Below are positions 32,401-45,500 of a DNA stretch of 64,000 bases, piece after piece; the stretch's first letter is position 1, and every line of letters begins with the position of its first letter. Origin of the DNA: Hormiphora californensis (Eukaryota > Animalia > Ctenophora); contig CM035356.1 of NCBI GenBank assembly GCA_020137815.1, forward strand, positions 6,510,001 through 6,574,000. Reading direction: 5' to 3'. The translations under genes were made by a program, and so were the position numbers. Below the pieces are notes generated by a model, which saw only the letters and a program-made list of their open reading frames with translations, had not been told where the DNA came from and made no database searches.

Positions 32401-35400
32401 GATCGTTATCCGTAACTAATAATCAAAATCAGAGAACAATCGCGGATAACTAACCACGACAACTCATCACGCAAATGAGTAATATGATAGTTACCAATCG
32501 CGGATAGCTAATCGCAAATATAGCTAATCGCGATAGCTAATCGCGATAATTAATCGCGATAACTTATAACGGATTCGTGATCAGTTATCCGCGATTGGTT
32601 GTCCGCGATTACTATCATATTCGTTAATCGCAATTGATATCCGAGATTGGATATCTGCAATTGAAAAAGTCCGTGAATCCCCAATCCACGTTTATTAAAC
32701 TCAGCTAAGTAGTATAACAAAATGCCTGATACTAGATCCAAAAACCAAACAAGTTTGGTGGATAGCCGGGGCCGCAGAAATTTAAAAACGTGCGAAAGTT
32801 TTGATACATGAACTTTCGGGGCCTGGGGTGCTGTTAAATTCGCGTTTCCATGATAGTCAGCCGTTCTTTCAAAACACACTATTATTCTGTAAAACAGATT
32901 CTGAAACGACCCACTGTGTGCAGTATATTATAATACGTGATATGTGCAGCTGCAGTGGAGCTGTATGTATGATAATGTGGAATCAAAAATAATGATAACT
33001 ATTGCAATCATTGCGATAGTTTTCCTGGAGTATAGTTTGAAAATGTTGCTGGTTATAATCATGGAAACGCGAATTTAACAGCACCCCAGGCCCCGAAAGT
33101 TCATGTATCAAAACTTTCGCACGTTTTTAAATTTCTGCGGCCCCGGCTATCCACCAAACTTGTTTGGTTTTTGGATCTAGTTTTACTGAATATTGATTAA
33201 TTTTGTGATCTGATGTAATTTAGTTCTCAGTATACTTCCTCACAACAAAATTTTCTTAGGTTTGACTTCAGTTACGATAAAATAACAGAAAGTATTGATA
33301 ACTCAATAAAACTGCTGCACTGCAAATATTTAGATATCTGTTTTTGTCATGACATTGAATTTGCTCCCACCGTCGAAGTTGTCACGAGTGAGGCTCTGCC
33401 GGCTATGCAGAAAGCAAGGGAGAAAGGAAAAATAAAATACATAGGAATTTCAGGTTGGTAAATAATAATTGTATCCTGCTGTCTATTAATTGCCTCTCTC
33501 TTCCTCACTCAGTTATATATCTCTTTCTTCCTCTCTCAGTTATCGAGTTTGTAGCTACATGTTGTTAAAGTGTAACCGCCTCTTGTGCCTGCAGTTACAT
33601 TAGTCTTGTATAATACTGCAGTTCAACACTTCATTGCTCAATTGATCGGTCTTGTTCAAGGGAGATGGGATTTAACGAGCTAAATAGTCTACTCTAACTA
33701 CTTTTATTGCTGCATTGAACAAAGCCCAGCTTTTAAACCCCCAGACCACGTACATATTATCATTAGTGCATGACCACCACTCCCCTACTATTATATTATA
33801 GGGTACTCAGTACTCACTGAACCATATATCTGGTTATATACACGTGGAATCCGCCCTTAGTCAGTAAGTCAATATCTGGTTATAACCCCATACTACGTAC
33901 TACCTCAGGGTACCCTCTGGAGAAACTAAAATCTGTTGTGGAGCTCTCCACAGTGAAGATAGACGTGGTTTTAACGTATTGCAAACACACACTAAACGAT
34001 ACAGAGCTGCTGAGTTACCTCCCGTGGTTTGCCGAACAGGGTATTGCCGTTATTAACGCCAGTCCTTTTGCAATGGGACTACTGACAGATGCAGGTATAT
34101 ACAGTTGGTTATGTTCTAACCCTCCTTAACATTTGTTTGGGGTGCGGGAAACAGGGTCGAGCATTGAGCAAGGTACAATATAAATTATAAGTGGGCTCTC
34201 TTGCACCTTGTGTGTGTGTCTGTGCAATACTCTGCTCTGTGCAGACAATGTGTAAGGTGTAAAGGACCGGGTAACGGTGAGATTACAAGTCCCGGATTCG
34301 CTATAAAACTATCGTGCATTCATTAGTATAGGTATTTAACAGGTGGGCTGCTGGTGGTTATTGGTGGTTGTTAGTAGTAGGGAGTTGTGTCCTATTCATC
34401 AGAACAGTTTGGATTGTATTTAATATATCTGTACCTATTATAAAGCAGTACAGTGCATTTCCTAGTTTCCAATATATATAACTTAATCGAATGTCCACCT
34501 GTCACACATGTTGTGTACTGTATGCCGTTAGAACTTTATATGAGCACTGTAAAATTGTCTGTATGTGTATTTGTACTATTTGAAGTTCAGTAACAATAGA
34601 AGGGTACAACCATATCACACATACCTACCGTTATTAGAACTATATATGATAGAACTGTGAGATTGTCTGTGTGTGTGTGTGACATGCCTCATACTGTATG
34701 TGACCTGACAGCTTTCTATTCATCACACTATGTACCATCAGGTCTAGTGTTCAGCTTGTAATTGAATCATAGCTCTGATCATTCATCGTTGCTAGACAGA
34801 CCACTATGACTATACCAGTCACCAGTCGCCCCCACATCAGGAACCGACTGAATCATGAAATACTGGTCCCTGATTGGCTCCCCCCACCATTCTTAGATGT
34901 ACCAGTAGCACCTCCCGCCCCCTAGAGAACGCCGAACGCCTTCCTCTTCAGTGACTTTGTTAATATTACACCCTCCCCTCTTCACTGAATAACATGATCT
35001 AATACACCGCTAATTATCCCGAAAACATAATATATGTAATATAACAAGTGTCAGGAGGGAGGGGGGGGGGTGCCAGGTGTGAGGTGGGCTAATGATAGTG
35101 GTAGAGAAGTACCCTCTTAGTAACGTTACAACGTTAAGGCCAGAGGGGGGGTCCGGGGGTATAAAAAGTCACTTTCACAATCTGGTCCGGCTCTTCGAGC
35201 CTCTGGCCTTAACAGCTGTCAATATAATAATATTATGAGAGGATGTTTAGGGGTGGGGGGACACGTAACATTTTGTAACATAAATTTTTTGCAAGTTACA
35301 TAACGGGTGACAACTAAAAATCTGGACAATTTTCTGTGAGCTCTAGCGCCGGCCCCGCTTGAGATACAGCTTCAGGCCAGTGATAGAACGATTTTTCAGA

Positions 35401-38400
35401 CAATTCTGAATCAGAATAACACAACAGGAAAAACTAAAAAGTTCATTTTCATTGCGATATCGCATCATTTCCTCTTGACCCACCAAAGCATGTGTACGGA
35501 GATTTGAGATTACTGTGTGATCAGAAACGACCTTCCCGATGAGATAAAATTCTCAAATTTGAAATATTGGTTGTTCATGCTATAACCAACATAACTGCCA
35601 AGTTTCAACATTTTAGCTTATCAGGAAGTTGGTTTTCCACGTCATAAATGTTTCGAGAGATCGTCAAAATGGCGATTTCTCAAATTACCTGTAAACTACG
35701 CTTTGAAGGGTTTGTTACAGATGATTCTGTGATTAGAATTGAGATTATCGGAGTGTGAAACAAAGTTAATGTTGTTCAAAATCGTCTGAAAAATCATTCT
35801 ATCGCTGCCCCGATGCTTTATCTCAAAAAGAACAGGCGCTAGAGGTGCTAGAAAAGTGTGTAAATTTCAAGTATTACATGCTTTGGTGGGTCAAGAGGAA
35901 ATGATGCGATATCGCAATGAAAATGAACTTTTTAGTTTTTCCCGTTGTGTTATTCAGATTCAAAATTGTCTGAAAAATCGTTCTATCACTGGCCTGAAGC
36001 TGTATCTCAAACGGGGCCGGCGCTAGAGCTCACAGAAAACTGTCCAGATTTTTAGTTGTCACCCGTTAGTACAAAACGTCACGTACCACCCATCCCCCCG
36101 GTCCCCTGTATAACGTTCAATATTCTAATATCCATATTCCAGGTCCTCCAAAATGGCATTCAGCCAGCGAAGTAACCAGGAAGGCAGCCAGAGATGCAGC
36201 AGAATTTGCACGTTCTGAGGTAATTATTGTCAGAGCATTGGGAGCTGACATATATGCTAATTCAGAGAGTTTTGCTCGAAATCCAGTACTTTTTGTCATT
36301 TTGGATGTATATTTAGAGCCTGCTCGATTTATTAAATTGTTCATTCATCCTCTCAGGCCACCCTCCTAAAGAAAGCTAGAGATAGAGAGGGGCATGCCAC
36401 CTGGTTTTGTGCTCCCATCTCCTTATCTCTATCTCTTCCTAACTGCATCCATACATGTCACCAGCATGCTCTAAATTTTCTCAACTCTATCTTCCCAACT
36501 CTATCTGGCAGGTGAGTAGAACTTCGCTCCTAATAAAAGGCTGCAATAAAAGGCTGCAATAAAAGGCTGCAGAAAAAGGCTGCAATAAAAGGCTGCAATA
36601 AAAGGCTGCAATAAAAGGCTGCAAGGGATCACGTATCTAACCAGACTAAAGCGGGGGATAGACCGAATCGTCCTCCCCTAATAGTGTTTCGTATCACGTA
36701 TCGACTGTAGAGAGACCGAATCACGCTCCCCTAATTATAGTGATTCGTGTCACGTATCCAACTAGACCATAGGCGATAGAGAGACGGTATGGTATCACGG
36801 TATGGTATCACGTACCATGGTATCCTCTAATGAAAAGTGGTTACCAATTGACAATGAGACCTCATCGGTCCTGATACGTGATTCTCTACCGCTATGTATT
36901 CTCTATTAGTCTTTCCGTATCGATCCACGATTCAGTAGAGGTAGTCAGTAACTACTGAGAGTCTTGGTCTAATGAGGTAGGGTAGATTTATTGATTGAGC
37001 GTGTAGCACAATGACAGGTGAACCACCCAACCACTCGGTTCACCTATCATAGTATTATGTGTGATTCCGCTCTACTGAATTGTGTACATAAAGACTATTG
37101 GCGAATAACGGTAAAAAAAATCAGTAATCACGTATTGGCACCGATTAGGTCAAATTATAGGTAACCGCCTTTCATTTAATTAATTAGAGGATATCATGAA
37201 ACGTGATATAATACTTGATTAGTCGTCCATGATTCGCATCTCTCACTCTCACCTCTCTAACTCTCTATCTCCGTCTATCTACCACCTATGGTTTAGTTGG
37301 ATACATGGCACGAATCACTATAATTAGGGGCGGGTGATTCGGTCTCTCTACTGCTTATGGTAGAGACCGATACGTGAAACGAAACACTATTAGGGGAGGA
37401 CGATTCGGTCTATCTCCTGCTTTAGTCCAGTTGGATACGTGATCCATTGCAGCCTTTTATTGCAGCCTTTTAATGCAGCCTTTTAATGCAGCCTTTTATT
37501 GCAGCCTTTTAATGCAGCCTTTTATTGCAGCCTTTTATTAGGAGCGAAGTTCTACTCACCTGCCCTCTATCTATATCTCATCCAACAATCTTCTCTTATT
37601 GTCATTCAGCTACAATTATATCAGTCCTTCTAGATTCTCTAAGATTCTCTATCAGTTCCATTTTCTATCCGATTCCGGCCCTCAGCCCGGCCCAGGTGGC
37701 AACTTAATCTACCTTTGGGGGTCGGCCGTGGTGCATAGTATGATCTGTCATATGGTAGAAAATACTACCCCTCACCCTTTCCTTAACCCTGCTGAGTATA
37801 GACATGACAGCTTCAGGATGAGAGAAGGGCAGCTAATTTAAGTTTACCAATGCCAGAGCATGCAAAATCTGAAAGGGTACAACCCTTTTTAAATCCCAAA
37901 TATGTTTCAGGGTAGTTCCATAACTCGGCTGGCGCTCCAATTCAGCACATCAGAACCTCGTGTACCTTGTACGCTAGTAGGATGTGAGACTAAGGAGCAG
38001 CTCTTGGAAAACATAAAGGGTAGGGACATAAATTATCCTAAAACTTCCTCTCTCTCTCCTCTTTTCCGGTAACTCAATCTCCCCCGACCCCCTAACTTAT
38101 TGGTATTCATTTCTATAATATTAGTCATTGAACCCTTTTCAGTGATCAACGAGGGCCTAACACAGGAAGAGACCATTCTTATCAGCACTGTCAGGGAAAA
38201 GTATTTCGCTGATTCACACCACTCCTGGGAAGGTATTTAAAGAAAATTATCTGGATACTCCTTGTTGTTATGTTCTAACAGGGGCGCGTGAAACATAGTC
38301 TAGCTAGGCAAACTCCTTGAACTCCTGGGAAGGTAGTTAAAGAAAATTATCTGGATACTAAAACTTAAAATATTGAAAACTCAGATGTATTTTAAAGAAA

Positions 38401-38613
38401 ATCCCTGCTGTTCTCTCTCACTTTAATGAGTTACACTAGCCGCACCCCACCTCACACAGTTATTTTTACAAAACTAATTCGCCGTGTGATTAATTACATT
38501 CTTCTTCAAATTAATCTGCAGGCGTGGGAGAGGATAAGTTTTGGACGAAAGTGAAAAATGAAATGGAGAAGGCAACGTCAGTGTACTGGAAAATGCAAAA
38601 TGCGACTGCGTAG
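29446..38613 (+). CDS. Aldo-keto reductase, L-galactose dehydrogenase / D-arabinose dehydrogenase-like
   Basis: Exons 29446-29575, 29662-29800, 33260-33453, ~33909-34093, ~36143-36220, ~37911-38019, ~38143-38232, 38522-38613. Motifs LGNTKLQISKLGIGGAA, GINYIDTSPWY, SSKCGR, FDFSYD..YLDI..CHDIEF, GKIKYIGISGYPL, VINASPFAMGLLT..GPPKWH. Confidence 0.93.
30011..31575. mobile_element. Foldback MITE, ~770-bp arms, TA|CAGGGTGTCCC terminus (Tc1/mariner-like), in AKR intron 2
   Basis: Mirror ORFs 30180..30401(-) and 31185..31406(+); centre near 30790. Confidence 0.9.
31850..32345 (+). repeat. Degenerate ~143-155-bp tandem repeat (tgactgtcttaaat.taagacgatttt), 4 copies
   Basis: Motif at ~31855, 32006, 32150, 32294. 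Confidence 0.6.
32731..33181. mobile_element. MITE with ~123-bp perfect TIRs
   Basis: actagatccaaaaaccaaac...gcgtttccatgat is mirrored at ~33058-33181. Confidence 0.88.
35303..36066. mobile_element. MITE with ~190-bp TIRs and TA target duplication (Tc1/mariner-like)
   Basis: ta|acgggtgacaactaaaaatctggac ... gtccagatttttagttgtcacccgt|ta. Confidence 0.88.
36507..37564. mobile_element. Non-autonomous DNA transposon, GG termini, 8-bp TSD CTCTATCT, subterminal 13-bp repeats (aataaaaggctgc); Merlin-like
   Basis: ctctatct|ggcaggtgagtagaacttcgctcc ... ggagcgaagttctactcacctgcc|ctctatct. Superfamily is inferred from termini and TSD only. Confidence 0.85.
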
Positions 38614-39035
38614 TTCCAGATCTTAGTACAGAGTGTATAGTTTGTTAGATGAATATATATATATATTAGGAAGAAAGACAGATCTTATTATAACACTGTT
38701 TTATGTTTTTGTGGCAGGACGTCCTGCTTCTTCAGTCCTGTCACTGTTTTCTTTATGTACATTATTATCAAAATTTTAGCAAAAACTGTTGGTGTAAGTT
38801 TTGTGCTGATATACATATTACACAGAATTGAATTGCAAATGGTCGGAAAGGACGATTGTTTCAAATGCTGATTTGTACTGCAAGTGTAAACTATTATTTC
38901 GAAAATTTCGCTTAAAACAAGGTTTATGATTTTATGACTGAGAACTAAAAGATTCGGATGAATTCGGCGACCGGTTTGTAGTCAAATTAATCTACATAAT
39001 CTATATTTTTAGGTCGTTAAGTCTCAGAACTGGCG

Positions 39036-39536
39036 ATGGCATCTGAAAATGCCCAATTCCGTATACAGGTAGTGTTGTGAGTATAACACTATCGCTTGTA
39101 GTGGAGAAACGGTAACGCATTACCGTAATGAGACGCACGGGTAATAAACACAGTCATGTTCAGCCTGATCTAGCTGAAAAAGTGTGCTTTATAACCCGCA
39201 CGCTACGTAAAGTGTGCGTCTCATTACGGTAATGCGTTACCGCTTCTCCACTACAAGCGATAGTGTTATAGCCACTTAAGTAAATCACTAGCTATAATAG
39301 ATTCTTTACAGATTGCTGAAATAGAAACTGAACTGGAAGTTATGGATGAAGAACTGATGAAGTTTGATAGAGAGTCCCAATCGTCCAGGCGTATCGCACC
39401 ACATCCCCAAGATTTCGCGTTAGCGAAGCAACTTTCCGGTTCCGGTGCCTCTACAGCTGCTGCAAAGCTCCGAGAGAGACGAATTGCTAAAGCCAAAAAG
39501 TTGCAAGAACTTAGGAAGAGATTGGAAGAGCTTTAA
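39036..39536 (+). CDS. Small (~86 aa) coiled-coil protein of unknown function, two exons
   Basis: 39036-39068 MASENAQFRIQ|gt ... ag|39312-39536 IAEIETELEVMDEELMKF...KKLQELRKRLEEL*; phase 0 join. Confidence 0.6.
39082..39270. mobile_element. Palindromic MITE in the intron of the small gene
   Basis: tataacactatcgcttgtagtggagaa...ttctccactacaagcgatagtgttata. Confidence 0.85.
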
Positions 39537-39789
39537 AAATGAGAATTTGATAACATTGGCGATATTTTAGATTAATTTTTGTTTTCACCGCTTACTAAGT
39601 TTTATACATTCGTAAATAATGATTTATGCCTAGATTGTATATTGACATTGTACTTTACTGGGATTTTACTTCGATAATCGATTTATTTTCTTTCAAATTC
39701 TTGTCTAATTTCTCTCATCATTTATCTGTCCTAGTGTGTCTCTACACCCCCCCTCCACCCTGTCTCACAAAACAAACCAAATCAACACT

Positions 39790-40980
39790 CCCCCTCCTAT
39801 ATCCACTATATCAACATTCAGAATGATGCTACATACTTCCCACCCCACCCTCCCTCTATTTTATCTTCTATACCAACATCAGAATGATGCTACATACTTC
39901 CCACCCCACCCTCCCTCTATTTTATCTTCTATACCAACATCAGAATGGTGCTACATGGGGGGGTTCCAACCTATTTGTTGTATGTTTGTACGGAAAAAAA
40001 CAAGCTTTTCCTCAAACAAAAAAATACAAAAAAGTACAAAAAAATACAAAAAAATACAAAAAAATAAAACGGGTTATAAATTATTAAACAAAGCTTTTCT
40101 GATCGTTGAAACTTTAGTTTATGATCATAATTGTGTCATAAATTCCTATTAAACTGTGGTTTCATACAAAATTAGCAACTTTTTCTTATAATTGGAAGAT
40201 AAAAACATCTTTTAATCATGTTTTAATTGTTCTTTATCAAAACACAAGGAAATATTCTATTCAAAATTTTCGAAATCTGTATCAATGATGTTTACTTTTT
40301 CGAATTTCGAATGAAAGATAATAAATACACGACAAACGTTCATAGGTGGTACATTAGCACAAAAGGAACCCGTCCATGAACTACGCACCCACCTCCATAA
40401 TTTGTTGTACTTTTTTTTGTACTGTTTGTACGAAAAATCGGAATTTCTAAAGGTCCCCCCAAACTACTATGTCCCTTGCTGTGCGCGACCGGATTTTAGA
40501 CGGCCATAGCTCCACCCCCTGATAAGATAGAGACTTGAAATTTGTTTTGTAGGGAGATCATATCGAGTTCTTTGTACAAAACAAATTTCAAGTCTCTATC
40601 TCATCAGGGAGTGGAGTTATGACCGTGGGAATTTTACAAACCCGAGTGAGGGACATAGTAGTTGGGGTGTTAGAGTTTGAACACACTCCCCCCCCTCTCC
40701 TATACTCCATACCAACATTCAGAATGTGCTACATACTTCCCAATCCCACCCACTCCTCATTTTTACTCCTTACTCAACCAATTCAATGTGCTACATACTT
40801 CCCACCCCACCCTCCCTCTATTTTATCTCCTATACCAACATTCAGAATGGTGCTACATACTTCCCACCCCACCCTCCCTCTATTTTATCTCCTATACCAA
40901 CATTCAGAATGGTGCTACATACTTCCCACCCCACCCTCCCTCTATTTTATCTTCTATACCAACATTCAGAATGGTGCTAA
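39790..40980 (+). repeat. 62-bp tandem repeat containing acceptor + start (ccaacattcag|aatggtgcta), interrupted by insertions
   Basis: Copies at ~39790-39955 and ~40690-40980; the last copy provides the NDUFAF1 ATG. Confidence 0.85.
40447..40647. mobile_element. Short hairpin-containing dispersed repeat; inverted second copy at 46680-46882
   Basis: catagctccaccccctgataagatagagacttgaaatttgttttgta...tacaaaacaaatttcaagtctctatctcatcagggagtggagttatg. Confidence 0.8.
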
Positions 40981-41728
40981 AGAACTTCGATTGGAAGCAT
41001 TTTGTAAAGTTGGAAAACTGGAAGGCAGCCCTGATGAGGGGAACGTTCAGTACCAAGTATGATATGCGTGTTGTGGAAGCAAAGTTCCGAGAAAAAGATG
41101 CCAGAACGTTGTGGAAGTTTCGGAATGAAGGTGAGAATTAAGCCCAGAGGGGGGGGGGGTCTAAAAAGTGAAGGTGAGAATTAAGTCACACAAAGAACAC
41201 ACACGGACATCTATCCACACAGAGAGTCAAACCAACCAACTGGAACTTCTAGATCATCTAGACGTTCCAGATTGTTGGGGAATGGGACTAGATCAGCCAG
41301 ACTTTATATGACCACTAGATATAATACTAGATCCTACAAACACACACACATTTCTGACCCATATGTTCCATCTATTTCAGATGATGTGGATAAGTTTTAT
41401 ACGTTGGATGATAACATGACAGGAGGAAGATCACTAGTGGAACTATCAACATCCCGTGGCGGCAGACTTCACATGAAGGTTGGTAATGAAATTACCCCTC
41501 CGTGACTTGTTAACCCATGAAGGTAGATGGATTTGTGAATACTTGTCCTATTCTTTTGTTTGTGAATTTGTTTGTTTGTGGACTTGTTCTTATATTTCTA
41601 TGTTTGTTTGCGAATTTGTTTGTTTGTTCTTAGATTTATTTGTGAAATTGTCCTTTGATTTGTTTGTTGTTCACTTACTAATACATGTAATGACATCTTC
41701 GTTTCCCCTAACTTCCAACCATGTCTTA

Positions 41729-41760
<32 letters not shown>

Positions 41761-42522
41761 CCCCTCCCCTCTCTTCCCCCTCCCCTCTCTCTTCATCATT
41801 CTTGTTCTCCTATCCTGAAGAATTTCAGTCAAATTATGTATGTGGTCTTCATTTTAATTGGACATTCACACTTCACACTTTAACACATTCACACATTGCG
41901 TCACAAGCTGTTGGTGATGATGTGATGAGAATTGAGAGAGAAAAAGTGTTATATTAGAGATAGAAAGATAGAGATAGTAAACTTCCAAAAGTAGAGGAAA
42001 TGGTAAATGAAATTGGATTTAGTAAGCTGTAAGACACGTTGAGCTGAAAGATTGTTGTTGTGATGACGAATAAACAATAGAAGATGAAATAAGAAGTTTA
42101 GATCATTGCCAAACAAACCAGTCTGTGATGGTAAATTGATGATTTGGCGAGGAGAAATTTCGGTTTTTAGCTTGATCGAAAAAAGGAATGCCGAAAAGTG
42201 ATTTCTGTTTACGATATAATAGCTTTCTGGTTCAGCAACGCTCGACCAGTCGATCCATTCTGCTGATTTTGCTTGTTAGATCATCAGGAGCCGTTAGTGG
42301 TCCACAGAGAGACGATTAATGAGGGGATGATAGGCAGTTTAGGAATTGGCACTTTATTATGTAATGAGAGATGGTCCGACTATCACAGATCTGTCAATCC
42401 TTCTAGCATATATTCCGTATATTTTCTCGGTCTGTCTCTGTGTTTCAGTCCCCTCTCTCTCTCCTTCGTTCTATCTATCTCTCACCCTCCCTGTATCTCT
42501 CTATCACTCCTCTCACTCTTTT

Positions 42523-42575
<53 letters not shown>

Positions 42576-45500
42576 ATATCTCTCTATCTTTCTGCTCTTT
42601 TGCAATTACAAATCCCACATGTTCCACAACTTCACACCACTACCCACGTTTCAATTCATTAAATCTGCCACCACACAGGGACGGATTGACGGGACGGCAT
42701 CGTATTTTAATACCGAGGCCCGGCCTTGGGATGGAGTGGGATACGCAGGAATCAGATCTTACCCCTTCTCAGTAAGTGTAACACAACAGACAGAATACAC
42801 CATTAATATTGATCCTAACCCTCACAGAGCGTGGTGTGAGTGAGGTGTGAGCCACACTTAACATTAATACAGGCCCGGGTGTTTGAGTTGTGCAGCAAGA
42901 CTTATCTCTTTCTGCACAACTCAACGATCTCGTTTCACACGAGCGATCTTGGGATTTCCCAGCGAACATGGTATATCCAGCGACTAAACCGAAACGAATC
43001 ATAATATGTAACCATAGTTCACATTTAATCTCTATTATTTAATCTCTATTCCCGACTACAATTCCTTCTCCCTCTCTCTCTCCCGCAAAGAGAGAAACTG
43101 TTTTCCAGTTTAACGCTCTCTCTCTCTCTCCAATCTCCCTTTTTTACGGCAGAAATACACTCTCCCCCTCAGTTTAACGCTCTCTCTTCTTTTTTTACAG
43201 AAGAAACGATATCTCTATATACAGCAGTATTTAAACGGGAAGGCCAAATTTAATTTATGTCCAAAGTATGATGTATGCACTTCTGACACGTCCAGCTCTA
43301 GATATTTCGGTCAATCTATTCGGTTTATCAAACTTGTTCAACTAAAACAATGAGTTCACGACTAGCGATGGTTGATGTCCTGGAATAACTTCCTCCATCT
43401 TGTCCATGTCCACTCGCAGATACTCCGGTATATGGTGCTGTAGAAGATGGGGTTTAGAAGGCTGTTGCTAGGCAGCACCGCTAAACTAAACACCTCGTAT
43501 ACAATACCCGGTGCGGCTGCGGGGTTAAACCAGCTGTAGTAGAGAACGGTTATGATGTAGGACAACCAAGCTACCGCCTGACTTCCTATTAGTAGAACCA
43601 GCTTCAGGGCGAGTTTACTGACATGATCGCTGTTATCTAACCCACTTCTGGATGCAGAATTGAAGCTAGCTACCAGGATGGAAATATAGGAGATAAGGAG
43701 GATGGAAAGGAGCACACCAACAACCACACAGTATCCTATCTTGTAGTAGACGTAGCTGGACTGGTTTTTGAAGATGTTAGCAACACAAAGAGGGCTGTTT
43801 CCATAGTAACCAATGCTTAGGTAGTCAAAGATGGAGGGCTTCGATGTGATATTCCGAAGGTCCGCTAGAACGGTATCTATCCCAAGCAAACCCTCACCAG
43901 TTTCAGCTAAAAAGTGGCTGGTATTCTCTGTGACTGTGTTATTATAAGCAAGAGAGTGCATAAACCTCAAATGCTCCTCATCATACCTAAAACAAGATTT
44001 TATGAGATTTGATCAGGAGTAAATAGGGAAGAAACTACTCACACAAAGGAAAAACTACCGTATACTGCTATACTAAACGGTAGTTTTCCTTTGTGTAACT
44101 AGCTCTCCGACGCCTTTTGCGATCGAACACTCTTCCGCCGTAACGGAATTCTACGAAGAAACTACTTACCTAGTAAGGAATGGATTCTCCTGTCCAGAAA
44201 GAAAAACGATGTCCGTCCGAAATACTTCCTGGATCATGACCAAGGGTAGCACTGGGAGGAGGGCATGGGCAAGGTTTAGAACTCCGATCCCCACTGATGT
44301 GACCCAAATGGACCTAATGGAGATGTCCTTTACCAAATCCAAACAGGTCAAGCACCGGATCAAGCTCATCGTGGTAATGAGGAGGAAGGATCCGTGAGAG
44401 GAGAAGGTGAAGAGGCAACCAAGAGTTGAACAGCTGATGCTAGATCTCCAATTTTCATCCTGCTGACAATACTCGCCGATTAAGCGGAGACCTGTAGCAA
44501 CAAGCATCAAAATGACAAGATACAGGCCCATCAGGAAGTCGTAGAATGCCACCTGTATCCTTAGAATTCTGTCAATTTTTCCAGGTTTATTATCCGGTCT
44601 CGTTTTGAATGTTTGGTGTCCTATTTTGATATTTAGGGCGACGATAGCCAACCCTCCTACTAGGCCAAGGACACCTAAAACTTTGGATCGAATGAGGAAC
44701 TTATTGGAACTCAGTTTACCAGTTGGACACCCAGCGCACTCATCCAAGCCATTTGCACAGTCCCTTGCACCGTCACAGACCCTAGCCTCGTCAACCCACG
44801 TCACCAGAGTATCCTCGGGATCGCTGCAATAAAATCTATCGGGGCAGAATAATTCGTCGTGTCCATTTGGACAGTCAATAATGCCATCGCAAACCTTGCC
44901 CATGTCCCACAGAACAGAATACACGTACCTGAAACTCTCAGTACCGAGAAAGCAGGAAAATGATAGCTGCATTGCGAGACCTCCAACGCTTATCTTAACT
45001 CTTTGGCATAATTCTGTAAGCCAAGCTTTGGTTGCGTTGTCACCTATTGACTGGAAAATGTTTGAGCGTAGCACCTGCTCACAAGCTTGCGCCTCTCGGT
45101 GATCCCTCGAACCAGATACCTGCATGTTATTGTACACCCGGATAATGTTCTGTTGCTGCTGGGCCAAAGATTTCTTGAGAGTCTGTGACATTGTGTTGAG
45201 TTCCTTGCAATGGACATCAGAGTAACCCTCACAAGAGAGAAGGGAGACGGTTCTTTGCAGGCCCGCAGAACATATATCTGATTTGGAAATGCATGCTGTG
45301 TAAGACTTATCGGGAAGACACCGAACTGTCACGGCCCCGCTACACATACACTCGTCTGTGCCTCCCTCACAGTTGGCTATACCGTCACACACTTGATAAA
45401 ACGGTATACAACCGCCCAATTTTCCTGGACAGTAAAACACTTCTTCGTCACACTTGCATTCATCAGTAAGGCAGGCACTCACTCCGCTACATTTCACCAT

